Part shown: positions 28,646 to 37,736 of the stretch, in pieces | Position numbering within the stretch: the stretch's first letter is position 1 | Layout of the letters: every line of letters starts with the position of its first letter | DNA from: a virus | Lineage: Duplodnaviria > Caudoviricetes | Direction: 5' to 3' (one strand) | Length of the DNA stretch: 55,845 bases | Virus record (IMG/VR): IMGVR_UViG_3300032235_000724 | Location: 1 to 55,845 of that record | Position numbers and translations under genes: made by a program | The notes under the pieces: model-generated | The model's database searches: none | Told to the model about the DNA's origin: nothing | The model's input: only the letters and a program-made list of their open reading frames with translations

Positions 28646-30196
28646 ATGAAAAAACTACTACTACTTGCTTTACTCTGTGTGGCGTGTACGCCAAGTGCAG
28701 AAGACATTAATAGTTCAGATATTGACCAATATGTAAGTAATGCCGGTCATCTTTCGGTCGCAGAAGAACAACCTAAAACAGAGGTTACTTGCGATCTGGA
28801 GTGTCTTCAGCCAGAGCAAGACGGAGATATGCTCTGCTCTTACCGAAAGTTTAAGCAAACCAGCCGGTACGATCAGTTTGTGGCACTACAGCCAAACAGC
28901 GCTACTCTGTGGCCAGGAAATGTTGTCAGTGGTCGCGGAGCCAGCGTGGGAATGCTCACTCCTCTTGGACTCTCCCTAGCGCCTGTAACATTCTCCTTTT
29001 CTCTTGAGGGCATGCGTGGTAAGGTGGGCGGTACACTAAGCGAACCAAACCTGCTAACCTTTCGTCAACTACGAAATGATATCCTAAATGACGGTGTAAA
29101 AGGCAGCACCCCAGCCGCTATTGACCTACAAATAAGCGAAGTCCATAGCCTCTCCCAAGTAGGCGTAAAACTTGGCGCTGGCGTAAGCTGGCCAGGGGGT
29201 GGTAAAGTAGCGGGATCATTCGACTTTTCGTCCACCAATAAAAAAACAAAGGTTCTTGTTGACTTTACCCAAGCCTACTATACAATCGACATCAACGCAC
29301 CACTCCGACCATCAGACTTCTTCTTAAAAAGTGTAAGGTCCGAAGATGTCCAGAAGGTAGTTGAACGTGGTAATCCACCTGTGTATATTCAAAGCGTTAC
29401 ATATGGTCGCCGTGTTATCTTTGCAGTAGAAAGTGATAAGAGTTCACAAGATATTGAAACAGCCATCAAGGCTGCGTATAATGCAAAGGCAGCAGAGGGT
29501 GAAGTGAGCGTAGATGTAAATACAAAAAAGACACTTGATGAAAGTTCTATCCGCGCCTTTATCCTTGGCGGTAGTGGCGAGGATGCAGTTGGTGCAGTTG
29601 CCGGTTTTGAGGGCGTAGTTGAATATATTAAAAACGGCGGTAACTATAGTAAGGACAGCCCAGGTTCACCAATAGCTTATAAGCTTGCCTATCTTGATAA
29701 TGAAGTAACCCAATTAGCATTTACTACCGAGTTTGCAGAAAAGTCTTGCACCCGTAACCGTGGTCCACTAAAAGCAACACTTGATAGCATCACCCATGTA
29801 GGCGGTGATGACCTAAGACTATATGGCGGCGTTGTTCTTGGGGTATCCAAGGTTGGCAATGAAAGTGTGGACTGTGGAGAGGGCGAAGATTATGTCCTAT
29901 GGCAACTTGATCCAAACCAATGGCAGCCTATTCCGCATCTTGGTACTTGGCGTCCAAGTAGCCCAATAGAAATACAAATAATTGATGCCAAGTATGGTAA
30001 AAATACAGAAATGTGCCTTATGGGTAAACTCTACAGCAGCAATGCGGATAGCTGGTGGGATAAACCTGACCTTGAATTCAACGAAGTTATGAAAAGTATA
30101 TATTCTGGGGATAGTTGGAACGGGCTATATACAATACAATTTCGTGGTGCAGGTGACCTTGCCGCAGATGTAACAATAAAGTTGTCGCAAGAGTAA
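28646..30196 (+). CDS. Thiol-activated / cholesterol-dependent cytolysin-like (CDCL) lipoprotein
   Basis: Lipoprotein-type signal MKKLLLLALLCVAC; LWPGN, QAYYTIDINAP..PSDFF, PPVYIQSVTYGR, FILGG, SPGSPIAY match CDC domain 1-3 motifs; no ECTGLAWEWWR undecapeptide. Confidence 0.88.
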   Translation: MKKLLLLALLCVACTPSAEDINSSDIDQYVSNAGHLSVAEEQPKTEVTCDLECLQPEQDGDMLCSYRKFKQTSRYDQFVALQPNSATLWPGNVVSGRGASVGMLTPLGLSLAPVTFSFSLEGMRGKVGGTLSEPNLLTFRQLRNDILNDGVKGSTPAAIDLQISEVHSLSQVGVKLGAGVSWPGGGKVAGSFDFSSTNKKTKVLVDFTQAYYTIDINAPLRPSDFFLKSVRSEDVQKVVERGNPPVYIQSVTYGRRVIFAVESDKSSQDIETAIKAAYNAKAAEGEVSVDVNTKKTLDESSIRAFILGGSGEDAVGAVAGFEGVVEYIKNGGNYSKDSPGSPIAYKLAYLDNEVTQLAFTTEFAEKSCTRNRGPLKATLDSITHVGGDDLRLYGGVVLGVSKVGNESVDCGEGEDYVLWQLDPNQWQPIPHLGTWRPSSPIEIQIIDAKYGKNTEMCLMGKLYSSNADSWWDKPDLEFNEVMKSIYSGDSWNGLYTIQFRGAGDLAADVTIKLSQE

Positions 30197-30203
30197 AAAG
30201 CGA

Positions 30204-30212
30204 CTATTTATA
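30204..30212 (+). promoter_or_regulatory. Putative phage late promoter motif
   Basis: CTATTTATA upstream of AGGAG RBS; similar motifs at 45102, 53731, 54691 and in the endonuclease hairpins. Confidence 0.55.
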
Positions 30213-30230
30213 GTATTTAGGAGCGACTAA

Positions 30231-30503
30231 ATGAAAGTAACAAAAAGCTATTTAAAACAGCTTATCAAGGAAGAGTTAGAAAATATACCAACAGTTGAGG
30301 ATGATATGGCTGTCTTTGGGTTAAATAAAAATAACTTGGAAGGCGATATTCAAGTGTTAAATATGGTAAAAGCCCAGATCAACGAGGTGATGCAGCAATT
30401 CAACGCCCACTTCAAGAAAAAGCCTGTTATGGAACCGGAAGATCTTTATAACCGTATTGCACATTTAGAAGAACTCATCGAAGAATATATGTCAGAAAGA
30501 TAG
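30231..30503 (+). CDS. Small protein with MKVTKSYLKQLIKEEL leader (putative head-packaged protein)
   Basis: Own promoter motif, RBS and downstream terminator; LIKEE motif. Confidence 0.65.
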   Translation: MKVTKSYLKQLIKEELENIPTVEDDMAVFGLNKNNLEGDIQVLNMVKAQINEVMQQFNAHFKKKPVMEPEDLYNRIAHLEELIEEYMSER

Positions 30504-30518
30504 ACGACGCCTTTCTGC

Positions 30519-30569
30519 TTTACACCCAACCCACAATCTGCTACTATGCCGGTTGTGGGTTTTTTATTT
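30519..30569 (+). promoter_or_regulatory. Overlapping sigma70 promoter and terminator
   Basis: TTTACA-N17-TACTAT with extended TG; hairpin AACCCACAATC / GGTTGTGGGTT plus T run. Confidence 0.7.
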
Positions 30570-30578
30570 GGAGGTCCA

Positions 30579-30824
30579 ATGTGGGACACGCTTGAGAAGA
30601 TAGAAGATGAACTAACAAAAAATTTAAACAAGACAGTACGATTTAGTAAAGAAAGTTTCTATAGCGGCGAGGAGCGCCTGCTTTATAAGCGCATCACCGT
30701 TGACGACAAGCCAACAGGCATCAAGTTTAATATAATGGACTTGCAAGCGGGTGAAAGACCTGTTAGAGTGGAACACAAGATCGCAAGCATCATGAAGATG
30801 CTTCAACTCACAAAGGGAGTCTAA
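30579..30824 (+). CDS. Hypothetical protein
   Basis: GGAGG RBS, ATG 30579. Confidence 0.65.
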   Translation: MWDTLEKIEDELTKNLNKTVRFSKESFYSGEERLLYKRITVDDKPTGIKFNIMDLQAGERPVRVEHKIASIMKMLQLTKGV

Positions 30825-30825
30825 A

Positions 30826-31152
30826 ATGTCAGAACAACAATTTCCAACAATGTATGCAAAAGTAGACCGTGTACCATATCTTATCGGAGCACCTTTCCCA
30901 GAAATTGACTTTGCACCACCAGTTAAAGAAGACTCACTTCTTTGTTCTGTGCAAGGCTTTCAGCGTCAAGTTGACGAATGGAAGAAGCAATTCCCAGACA
31001 AGAATGAAATGAACCTTTATTTTATGCGTTATATGACAGAAGCTGAGACAGAGAAATATAAAAATTCAGATAAACACGAACGCATTGATGGCGCGACCAT
31101 TAAAGGTATTGTTGACGCGATTGCTAACTCAAACACCACAAAGGGGCTATAA
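30826..31152 (+). CDS. Hypothetical protein
   Basis: GGAG RBS, tight packing. Confidence 0.65.
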   Translation: MSEQQFPTMYAKVDRVPYLIGAPFPEIDFAPPVKEDSLLCSVQGFQRQVDEWKKQFPDKNEMNLYFMRYMTEAETEKYKNSDKHERIDGATIKGIVDAIANSNTTKGL

Positions 31153-31153
31153 A

Positions 31154-31489
31154 ATGGATAACTTTGACTCACTACAAAATGCGCTTGGCGGCAAGACTGT
31201 TACAAAGACTCTACGCGAAGTTACAACCGGCAATGGTTATGTTGAAAATGTTGAGGAAGAGGTCAAGAGCAAGGAAGAGCGTATGCGGGATTTCGTCAAG
31301 AGCCTAAATGCGATTGAAGAATGCATTGAGCCATACAAGGAGCAGCGCAAGGATCTAAAGAAGGAATATGTCGAGAACGGTTGGCTTGATAAGAAGGATA
31401 TGAAGACCCTTATCAAGGCTCTACGACTCGTCAAGGACGATACCGATATCGAAGAACTACTCAAGGTTTATGATAACCTAAAGAAGTAA
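31154..31489 (+). CDS. Putative dsDNA-binding protein (T4 DsbA / GapR-like)
   Basis: FVKSLNAIE..YKEQRKDLKKEY..GWLDKKDMKTLIK helical pattern. Confidence 0.55.
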   Translation: MDNFDSLQNALGGKTVTKTLREVTTGNGYVENVEEEVKSKEERMRDFVKSLNAIEECIEPYKEQRKDLKKEYVENGWLDKKDMKTLIKALRLVKDDTDIEELLKVYDNLKK

Positions 31490-31498
31490 GGAGAAACC

Positions 31499-31783
31499 AT
31501 GTTTTCGCTTGAACCAAGAAATAAGTTACTGCTTGTTGAAAAAATCGAATCAAAGAAGAAGGAAGAACGATCCTTCTATGTACCAGAAAATATGTCCGTT
31601 GAGCCACGACATATTGTTGTCAAACTAACAGGTGCAGGCAGCGAATCGCAATACCACAGCGATATTGGCTCCCTGCTTCTTGTGCAAAGTCACCTTGTGG
31701 AAAAGGTAACATACGAGATTGATAACTTTTATGTCCTAAGTGAGTCAGGCGTCGTAGGAGTCCTGAGAAAGAATGAACTATAA
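31499..31783 (+). CDS. GroES-like co-chaperonin
   Basis: LEPRNKLLLVE, VV..GAG, YVLSESGVVGVL; size about 94 aa. Confidence 0.7.
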   Translation: MFSLEPRNKLLLVEKIESKKKEERSFYVPENMSVEPRHIVVKLTGAGSESQYHSDIGSLLLVQSHLVEKVTYEIDNFYVLSESGVVGVLRKNEL

Positions 31784-32415
31784 TGGCTGCGCAGGATAAT
31801 ACAGTTGAACTACTTGGCACATACGGAGACGACCTTACTCACGGTTTATCTGCGTGGACAAGCACAAGCCGAGAAATCAGCGAAGAGAAGCGTAACCGGC
31901 TACCCAAGTTGCTCGATATGCTTGGCGAGGAAGGCCACCATACTCCGTATGAGAAGTCAATGATCCACTTCCTTGTTACAACCGATATTGCCACCCATAT
32001 TCATTTGCTCAAGCACCGTATCGGTGTTTCTATCAATGGCGAAAGCGCACGTTACAAGGAACTAAAAGACGATAAGTTTTATGTTCCTGTTGATTGGGAT
32101 AGCGATGAGAAGGCGCAATATGTTGCATTTCTCGAAGACGCACTACAAAAGTACCACCAGTGCCTTGCACGCCTTGTAACAAAGGGTGCACCGCGCAAGC
32201 GTGCAAAGGAAAGCGCACGGTTCTATCTACCATATGGTAATCAGATTACGGCAGATATTTCATTCAACTGGCGTTCGTTTATGCACTTCCAAGGGCTACG
32301 TAATAGCGAACATGCACAACTGGAAGTTAGGGAACTGGCACAGGAAATGTTGCGGCAAGTACGGGAAACAGGTAAGTTTCCGCTATCACTAAAAGCCTTT
32401 GGCTACGGAGAATAA
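31783..32415 (+). CDS. thyX: Flavin-dependent thymidylate synthase
   Basis: GHHTPYE, LLKHR..SINGESARY, KESARFYLP, NWRSFMHF, HAQLEVR. Confidence 0.92.
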   Translation: MAAQDNTVELLGTYGDDLTHGLSAWTSTSREISEEKRNRLPKLLDMLGEEGHHTPYEKSMIHFLVTTDIATHIHLLKHRIGVSINGESARYKELKDDKFYVPVDWDSDEKAQYVAFLEDALQKYHQCLARLVTKGAPRKRAKESARFYLPYGNQITADISFNWRSFMHFQGLRNSEHAQLEVRELAQEMLRQVRETGKFPLSLKAFGYGE

Positions 32416-32619
32416 ATGGATTATTCTACCACACACATTCCAGATAGTAACGGCACAAACCAAGAATATTATATCACAGCATGTAATAAATGCAGCACGC
32501 AAATGCACTACAATAAATATTCAGTAGATAATGGTATTGAGCAGGGTTGGTATACTGTAGATAAGTTCAAGGAAGAACTATATTGTATGGAATGTCGTAA
32601 AGGTAGATACCGCAGATGA
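32416..32619 (+). CDS. Small Zn-finger protein
   Basis: CNKC...GW...CMEC; GGAG RBS. Confidence 0.55.
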   Translation: MDYSTTHIPDSNGTNQEYYITACNKCSTQMHYNKYSVDNGIEQGWYTVDKFKEELYCMECRKGRYRR

Positions 32620-33428
32620 GCCACAGCGAACGGACCCTAGACTTATACTATGACCAACTGGTATTAGGCTCTTGTTTAGGGTCCGTTCTTTTTGCATATC
32701 ACTCAAATACTCCATATATTTATCTACATTTAGACCGCCCCCAATGGTTTCAACAATATAGTTATGATTTCGGACTTGGCTACAGCATGGAACGATCTAT
32801 GGATTACATGCTATCGCATATGGGTCTTGCAGGATTATTACCATTAGACGATAAATGCAGCAGGGCACGAATGATCGATGGCAACAACATTCGTATTGTT
32901 ACAACCGGCGATTTTATTATAAACGTAAAGTTCAATAACCTCTACATTTTCAGCGACTATAATATTGACGGCCTGCCAGACCCAACAGAACAGGTACAGG
33001 AATATGAAGTTATTTATGATAGTTTCCTTGTAAACTGCGCAAAAGAAAGTGTGTTGCAGTTTGATCTATCCGGCGAGCAGTACATAAAAGAGTTGCACCA
33101 CGCAGAAAACAAGAAATCGGCACGAAAAGAGTGCGTACTTGTTTCACACATACCAGCCGGTGCAGAGTACCCAGAATACTTCGTCCGCGCCCGTCTTGAG
33201 AGCATGATTCGGGAAGCGGGTATAAAGAAAAGGCACGGCAGCGAGTTCGTAACGCACATAGAGCGCCAAAAGGCAAACCCTATGACAAACTTTTATACGG
33301 ATTACGGCGGAGTAAAGTTTGTATACCCAGATATAGAAAATATAATAAACTACCGCAATATGCACAAGCGCAATGATTACCTTGGATATCTAAAATGTCG
33401 ATCGCCTCTACCCACCTCGCAGGTATAA
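32616..33428 (+). CDS. Hypothetical protein
   Basis: 270-aa ORF coupled by ATGA overlap; N-terminal LVLGSCLGS faintly Rossmann-like. Confidence 0.6.
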   Translation: MSHSERTLDLYYDQLVLGSCLGSVLFAYHSNTPYIYLHLDRPQWFQQYSYDFGLGYSMERSMDYMLSHMGLAGLLPLDDKCSRARMIDGNNIRIVTTGDFIINVKFNNLYIFSDYNIDGLPDPTEQVQEYEVIYDSFLVNCAKESVLQFDLSGEQYIKELHHAENKKSARKECVLVSHIPAGAEYPEYFVRARLESMIREAGIKKRHGSEFVTHIERQKANPMTNFYTDYGGVKFVYPDIENIINYRNMHKRNDYLGYLKCRSPLPTSQV

Positions 33429-34204
33429 TCTCAACAGTAGGCGCACCGCTGGCATATAATATGCCATGGCACGATTGCCTTATGCCTGTTGGTGAAAACT
33501 ACCACGCAATCGAGCGTGCGGTACATACAGCAGCATCCGCTGGCTGTACAACAATATGGATTGTGCTTGATCGTGCGGCACCACCAATAATAAAAAAGAA
33601 GGTAGGTGAATGGGCATACGACCCCTCGACAATATGGGATCCATATAAGCCCTTTATGAAAAAGGTACAGATCCCAATATATTACTTATGCGTACAACCA
33701 AAAGATATAGGACGCCGCGATAGCCAAGGTTGGGGTGCGCTGTATGCAAGCAAGGTTATATATTATGTAAGCAGTAAAATGAGCATGTGGTCGGCACCAA
33801 AGCGTTATCTTTTTGTTTCACCGTATGGAGTAAGTAACGAGGAAGATATAAAAAATGCCCGAACCTTACTAAAAGGCAAAAATGAAGTTGCGTTTATATA
33901 TGATAATAAAAGTTTCTTGGATAACACACACTTACCCTTTACATTTGGCTGGAGTCAGTATAAGGTGCTGCAACAACATGCACTTGATACCTTCCGCGGC
34001 AAAGAAGATAAACTAAAAAGGATAAGTGAAGTATACAGTCCGCTAAAACTGGAAGAAATGGAAAAGGTATCACTGTCCAGTCATATAGATATAAGCGGCT
34101 GGGACGGGTATCGTGAACTAATGGGTGGACCGGCAATAAAACGACCAGGACACCTTGTAACCCACAAATGGATAGGATTGGTAAAAGATGGAAAACTGGG
34201 ATAA
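33395..34204 (+). CDS. Degenerate nucleotidyltransferase-like (NTP_transferase fold) protein
   Basis: LAGII, CLMPVG..AIERAV..A..AGC..IWIV, C-terminal HIDISGWDGY. Confidence 0.5.
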   Translation: MSIASTHLAGIISTVGAPLAYNMPWHDCLMPVGENYHAIERAVHTAASAGCTTIWIVLDRAAPPIIKKKVGEWAYDPSTIWDPYKPFMKKVQIPIYYLCVQPKDIGRRDSQGWGALYASKVIYYVSSKMSMWSAPKRYLFVSPYGVSNEEDIKNARTLLKGKNEVAFIYDNKSFLDNTHLPFTFGWSQYKVLQQHALDTFRGKEDKLKRISEVYSPLKLEEMEKVSLSSHIDISGWDGYRELMGGPAIKRPGHLVTHKWIGLVKDGKLG

Positions 34205-34601
34205 ATACTTTCTTGATATTGCAAAAACGGTAAGCACCCGTGGGACATGCCCGCGGCTACAAGTAGGCGCTGTCATCATTCGTGACCGCAATATTCTCTG
34301 CACGGGCTACAACGGCTCTATACGCGGTTCCGCGCACTGCAACGAGGTTGGCTGCTACATGGTTGACGGACACTGCGCCCGAACCGTCCATGCAGAAACA
34401 AATGCTATTCTGCAAGCCGCAAAGAACGGCGTTGACATCAACGGATCAACGATATACACAACAGCGTTCCCTTGCTGGAATTGTTTTAAATATTGTGTAA
34501 ACGCAGGAATTTACCGGATTGTATATACAGAAGAATACAAAAAAGATCCAATGGTAATCCAAACAGCAGAATCTTTAAAAATAATTATAGAGAAAATATA
34601 G
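34188..34601 (+). CDS. dCMP deaminase (ComEB-like)
   Basis: WDKYFL, RGTCPRLQVGAVI, TGYNG, VHAETNAI, FPCWNC, NAGI. Confidence 0.92.
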   Translation: MENWDKYFLDIAKTVSTRGTCPRLQVGAVIIRDRNILCTGYNGSIRGSAHCNEVGCYMVDGHCARTVHAETNAILQAAKNGVDINGSTIYTTAFPCWNCFKYCVNAGIYRIVYTEEYKKDPMVIQTAESLKIIIEKI

Positions 34602-34628
34602 TTTCCTCCTATATATTGGAGGAGGAAA
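34602..34628 (+). promoter_or_regulatory. RBS-sequestering hairpin with CTATATATT motif
   Basis: TTTCCTCCT / AGGAGGAAA perfect 9-bp stem before ATG 34633. Confidence 0.72.
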
Positions 34629-34632
34629 TAAA

Positions 34633-35388
34633 ATGAAGATATGTAATATATGTAAAATAGACAAGGAACTTGATTTCTTCGGTGTGCTAAAAACTGCAAA
34701 AGACGGAAGAAATAAAACATGTAAAGAATGTAGAAATAAAAGAAATCACACGAATTCAGATAAAAATAAAAAGAAATATAAAGAATATTATGTAAAAAAC
34801 AAAGAAAGAAAAAAGCAAATCTGGTCAGAAAGTAAAAAGAAATATACTGCAAAAAATAAAGAAAGAAAAAAAGAGTATGATAGAGAATATGCAAAAAGAC
34901 CGGAAGTTATAAAAAGAATAAAAAATTATCATAGAACTGAAGAAGTAATAGAACGGAGAAAGAAACGCAATCAAAGACCTGATATAAAGAAAAAAGCAGC
35001 AGAATATATTAAAAAGAAAATGCAGGATCCTAAAAAACATCTTGATAAAGTTTTCTCCCAAGGTATTAGAGAATCTCTAAAAAAGAAAAAGATATTTAAA
35101 AATAATAAAAAATGGGAAACTATATTGGGTTATTCTATACTGGATCTTATGTCTCACTTGGAATCAAAATTTACCCCCGAAATGAGCTGGGATAACTATG
35201 GAAAATATTGGCATATTGATCACATAAAACCAAAAAGTTTATTTATATATTCGTCTATGGAAGACGAAGAATTTAAAAAATGCTGGAGTCTTGATAACTT
35301 ACAGCCATTAGAAGCGGTGGAGAATATAAGAAAAGGAAATAAATATCTTGAACCAGCCAAACTTGACAAAGACATGCTCTCGTTGTAA
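34633..35388 (+). mobile_element. HNH homing endonuclease
   Basis: N-terminal CNIC/CKEC, Lys-rich linker, MSWDNYG..WHIDHIKP..NLQPL..ENIRKG. Confidence 0.88.
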
Positions 35389-35587
35389 GATAGAAAAACA
35401 ATCAGACGAATTTAAAAAAATAAAAAAAACACAAAAAATTCTATCTCATTGTAATGATTGTGAAAAGAAAGATCGTTTAGAGAAAAAAGAAAAATATAAA
35501 AAATATCGACAAAAGTATAATGCAAAAAAAAGAGAAGAAAAGCAAAAAAAGAAATACGAAGAACTTAAACTTAAATACGAAACATAA
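35348..35587 (+). pseudogene. Fragment resembling an HNH endonuclease N-terminal Zn finger
   Basis: KTCSRCKIEK..F...CNDC parallels KICNICKIDK..F...CKEC of the upstream gene; no nuclease domain. Confidence 0.55.
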
Positions 35588-35605
35588 ATGCTGGTGAGGT
35601 CCAAA

Positions 35606-35806
35606 ATGGAAGAAGAGAAGCTTGAAACCCAGCGCGAACTTGATAAGCTAAGGTTAAGCATCGCTAAACTTGATGATTTTAACCTTTCCCTGTATCGTGT
35701 ATACAATGAGGCAAAGCGTCTCCGAACCATGAAAGACCGACCACCAGAACTCGATAGGTTATTACAGACTGTATCCATGACGGAACAGTTTATAAAGGGA
35801 GACTAA
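35606..35806 (+). CDS. Hypothetical protein
   Basis: GAGG RBS, ATG 35606. Confidence 0.6.
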   Translation: MEEEKLETQRELDKLRLSIAKLDDFNLSLYRVYNEAKRLRTMKDRPPELDRLLQTVSMTEQFIKGD

Positions 35807-35807
35807 C

Positions 35808-36056
35808 ATGGATACACGCTGGTTTGATTGCTCATGCCGCTCAGCACACCACGCAGTTCGCGCTACATACGAAGCGGAATACAATGAAGTATTTTTTGAA
35901 ATGCGGGTCAACAACTATAAAAGTTTTTGGAAGCGGTTGGTGGCCGCATATAAATATCTCTTCAACAGAGATAATAATGACTGCTCGTACGACACTTTTA
36001 TCTTGTCTCCCGAAGATAGAGAGATTATGATGGCTGTCCTTGGAAGAATGAAATGA
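35808..36056 (+). CDS. Hypothetical protein
   Basis: GGAG RBS; CSC..HH and FWKRLVAAYKYLF motifs seen in phage small proteins. Confidence 0.65.
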   Translation: MDTRWFDCSCRSAHHAVRATYEAEYNEVFFEMRVNNYKSFWKRLVAAYKYLFNRDNNDCSYDTFILSPEDREIMMAVLGRMK

Positions 36057-36265
36057 ATAAAGCGTTTTTTATATTTCTAATACTCCTTCTTGTAACCGCA
36101 AGTGATTGTAAGTCGCCATACGAAAAGGCATTAGAAAAATGTCAAACTCGCTGCGCCCCCAACATTGCAACGGCGGTAGACTATAACTATAACAATAACC
36201 GTTATGATAAGTGCATTTGCGCTGTTCACTATAGGGAAGATGAGGTAGCCGATGACCAAGAGTAG
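36053..36265 (+). CDS. Secreted/lipoprotein-like Cys-rich peptide (CxxxC..CxC)
   Basis: Hydrophobic N-terminus; CQTRC and CIC. Confidence 0.6.
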   Translation: MNKAFFIFLILLLVTASDCKSPYEKALEKCQTRCAPNIATAVDYNYNNNRYDKCICAVHYREDEVADDQE

Positions 36266-36437
36266 ACAGGAAGTGTTTGATATCTGTATGATCATCATTC
36301 TCTTTGCGCTTGTAGTAGCCGCTGTTGGGTGGTATGCTGCGCAGGAAGTTGACCGGCCATGTAAGTATGTGTCGCCCTATAAAAACACCCTGCAAGGGGA
36401 TATCCATCGCGAACTGCGATGCAAGGATAAGCCATGA
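36252..36437 (+). CDS. Small membrane protein
   Basis: GAGG RBS; one hydrophobic segment. Confidence 0.55.
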   Translation: MTKSRQEVFDICMIIILFALVVAAVGWYAAQEVDRPCKYVSPYKNTLQGDIHRELRCKDKP

Positions 36438-36628
36438 GTGAAGGCATAGGTTTTACTATTGGTTTTGCTGCTGGTGTCATTGCTGCCATTGTTGTTATGG
36501 TGGGTCAAGCAGGACAGCATATTGAAAAATATGAAATCTGCCAGCGTACCATTCAATATCAACTTGACAAGACACCCGAAGAGGTGCAAACTCTTATGCA
36601 AACAGAGAAGAAGCGAGAAGGCCGATAA
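36434..36628 (+). CDS. Small membrane protein
   Basis: N-terminal GFTIGFAAGVIAAIVV; ATGA coupling. Confidence 0.55.
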   Translation: MSEGIGFTIGFAAGVIAAIVVMVGQAGQHIEKYEICQRTIQYQLDKTPEEVQTLMQTEKKREGR

Positions 36629-36891
36629 TGTCTATGAACCTAAACCTCTACGATCAAGTTAGCGGTTGTGATTGCCGCCTTTATCAAACTCCAACTGCGG
36701 ATACCTACCGCATCCTTGAGGGGGGTAATAAAGAAGAAGTTTTTAAAAACTATATTGCTTGGCTGAAGGAATACCGCAAGGATGGCAGAAAACGCTTGCG
36801 GAAGGACGACCTTGACGATATAAGGGACCACGAAGAGCGAGTACGCCGCTTTCTTGATGGCCACCCAAGCTGCCAGTTTGGAGCAATCTAA
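36628..36891 (+). CDS. Hypothetical protein
   Basis: MSMNL..LYQTPT motif; TAATG coupling. Confidence 0.6.
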   Translation: MSMNLNLYDQVSGCDCRLYQTPTADTYRILEGGNKEEVFKNYIAWLKEYRKDGRKRLRKDDLDDIRDHEERVRRFLDGHPSCQFGAI

Positions 36892-37094
36892 TGGAAAACC
36901 GTCTATCAATAGCCGATAAGTTTCTACTTGGTGTTTGCTTTAGTGCTATCGCAGGTTTTATATATCTTATTTATCTTGGAATAACTTATGTTGATCCATG
37001 CGATAAGATCTGCTCACCAGGAGTTAATGTACGACCAGCAAATGGAGTATGCATTTGCGCAACAACCATTGAGGTTAAGGTGAAAAATGATTAA
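36891..37094 (+). CDS. Membrane-anchored Cys-rich peptide (CxxxC..CxC)
   Basis: Hydrophobic segment then CDKIC and CIC. Confidence 0.6.
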   Translation: MENRLSIADKFLLGVCFSAIAGFIYLIYLGITYVDPCDKICSPGVNVRPANGVCICATTIEVKVKND

Positions 37095-37329
37095 AAACTT
37101 TCTTGACGCAGTAGAAGAAAACTTCAACGCAGCAGTAATGTTATTTATATTTATTGTTATTATTGCTGGTATCGCGGCAGGGGTTTTCGTTGATATACGA
37201 AACGACAACCACGATATTGAAATGGCAAAGTTGGGTTGTTCACAGGAAATCGCATCAACCAATAGTATACCATACTCCAACTACTATATTATTTGGAAGT
37301 GCGGTAACAGCGTGCAGGAGTCAAAATGA
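37087..37329 (+). CDS. Small membrane protein
   Basis: AAGGTG RBS; hydrophobic segment; two Cys. Confidence 0.6.
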   Translation: MIKNFLDAVEENFNAAVMLFIFIVIIAGIAAGVFVDIRNDNHDIEMAKLGCSQEIASTNSIPYSNYYIIWKCGNSVQESK

Positions 37330-37529
37330 TTAAGTTTCTTATATGCCTATTTGGCGTCCACCATTGGAAGCTTATAGACCGAACAAGTTATCCGCCTTCT
37401 GTAAAAGCAGAAAAGATATGGGGTGATGTACCATTTGTAGCCCAATGTGCCTTACTTGGATATTCAAAAAGTGTATCACTGTGCGAATACTGCCGCAAAA
37501 CAGAAGAAAGGATTGATCTTGGACCATAA
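37326..37529 (+). CDS. Hypothetical protein (DUF1660-like)
   Basis: LICLFGVHHW...CEYC pattern. Confidence 0.55.
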   Translation: MIKFLICLFGVHHWKLIDRTSYPPSVKAEKIWGDVPFVAQCALLGYSKSVSLCEYCRKTEERIDLGP

Positions 37530-37530
37530 A

Positions 37531-37731
37531 ATGAAAAAGATTCCCTGCGGTAATCCCGAATGTTGCACCCGCCGTATCCACCACGAACGACAGGATGAAA
37601 TGCGTCCGCAACAAACCGTAGAAGTCCCCGATGACTACAATGGCAAGAGTTTTTGTTCTATAACTTGTGCTTGCCAAGCGGGCTACTACAATGTAAGGTC
37701 TGGGTGGATCAAGGATCCTTCAAAGGAGTAA
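37531..37731 (+). CDS. Small Cys-rich protein
   Basis: CGNPECC, FCSITC. Confidence 0.55.
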   Translation: MKKIPCGNPECCTRRIHHERQDEMRPQQTVEVPDDYNGKSFCSITCACQAGYYNVRSGWIKDPSKE

Positions 37732-37736
37732 GACAG

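Noticed and set aside
30205-30212. TATTTATA as a minus-strand T4 late promoter (TATAAATA)
   Set aside because: No minus-strand genes to drive; the motif consistently sits just upstream of + strand starts. Antisense transcription cannot be excluded.
35363-35391. TTGACA-N17-TAAGAT promoter at the end of the HNH gene
   Set aside because: Plausible, but both hexamers coincide with codons of the conserved LTKTCxxCKI motif, so the match may be incidental; not listed as a feature.
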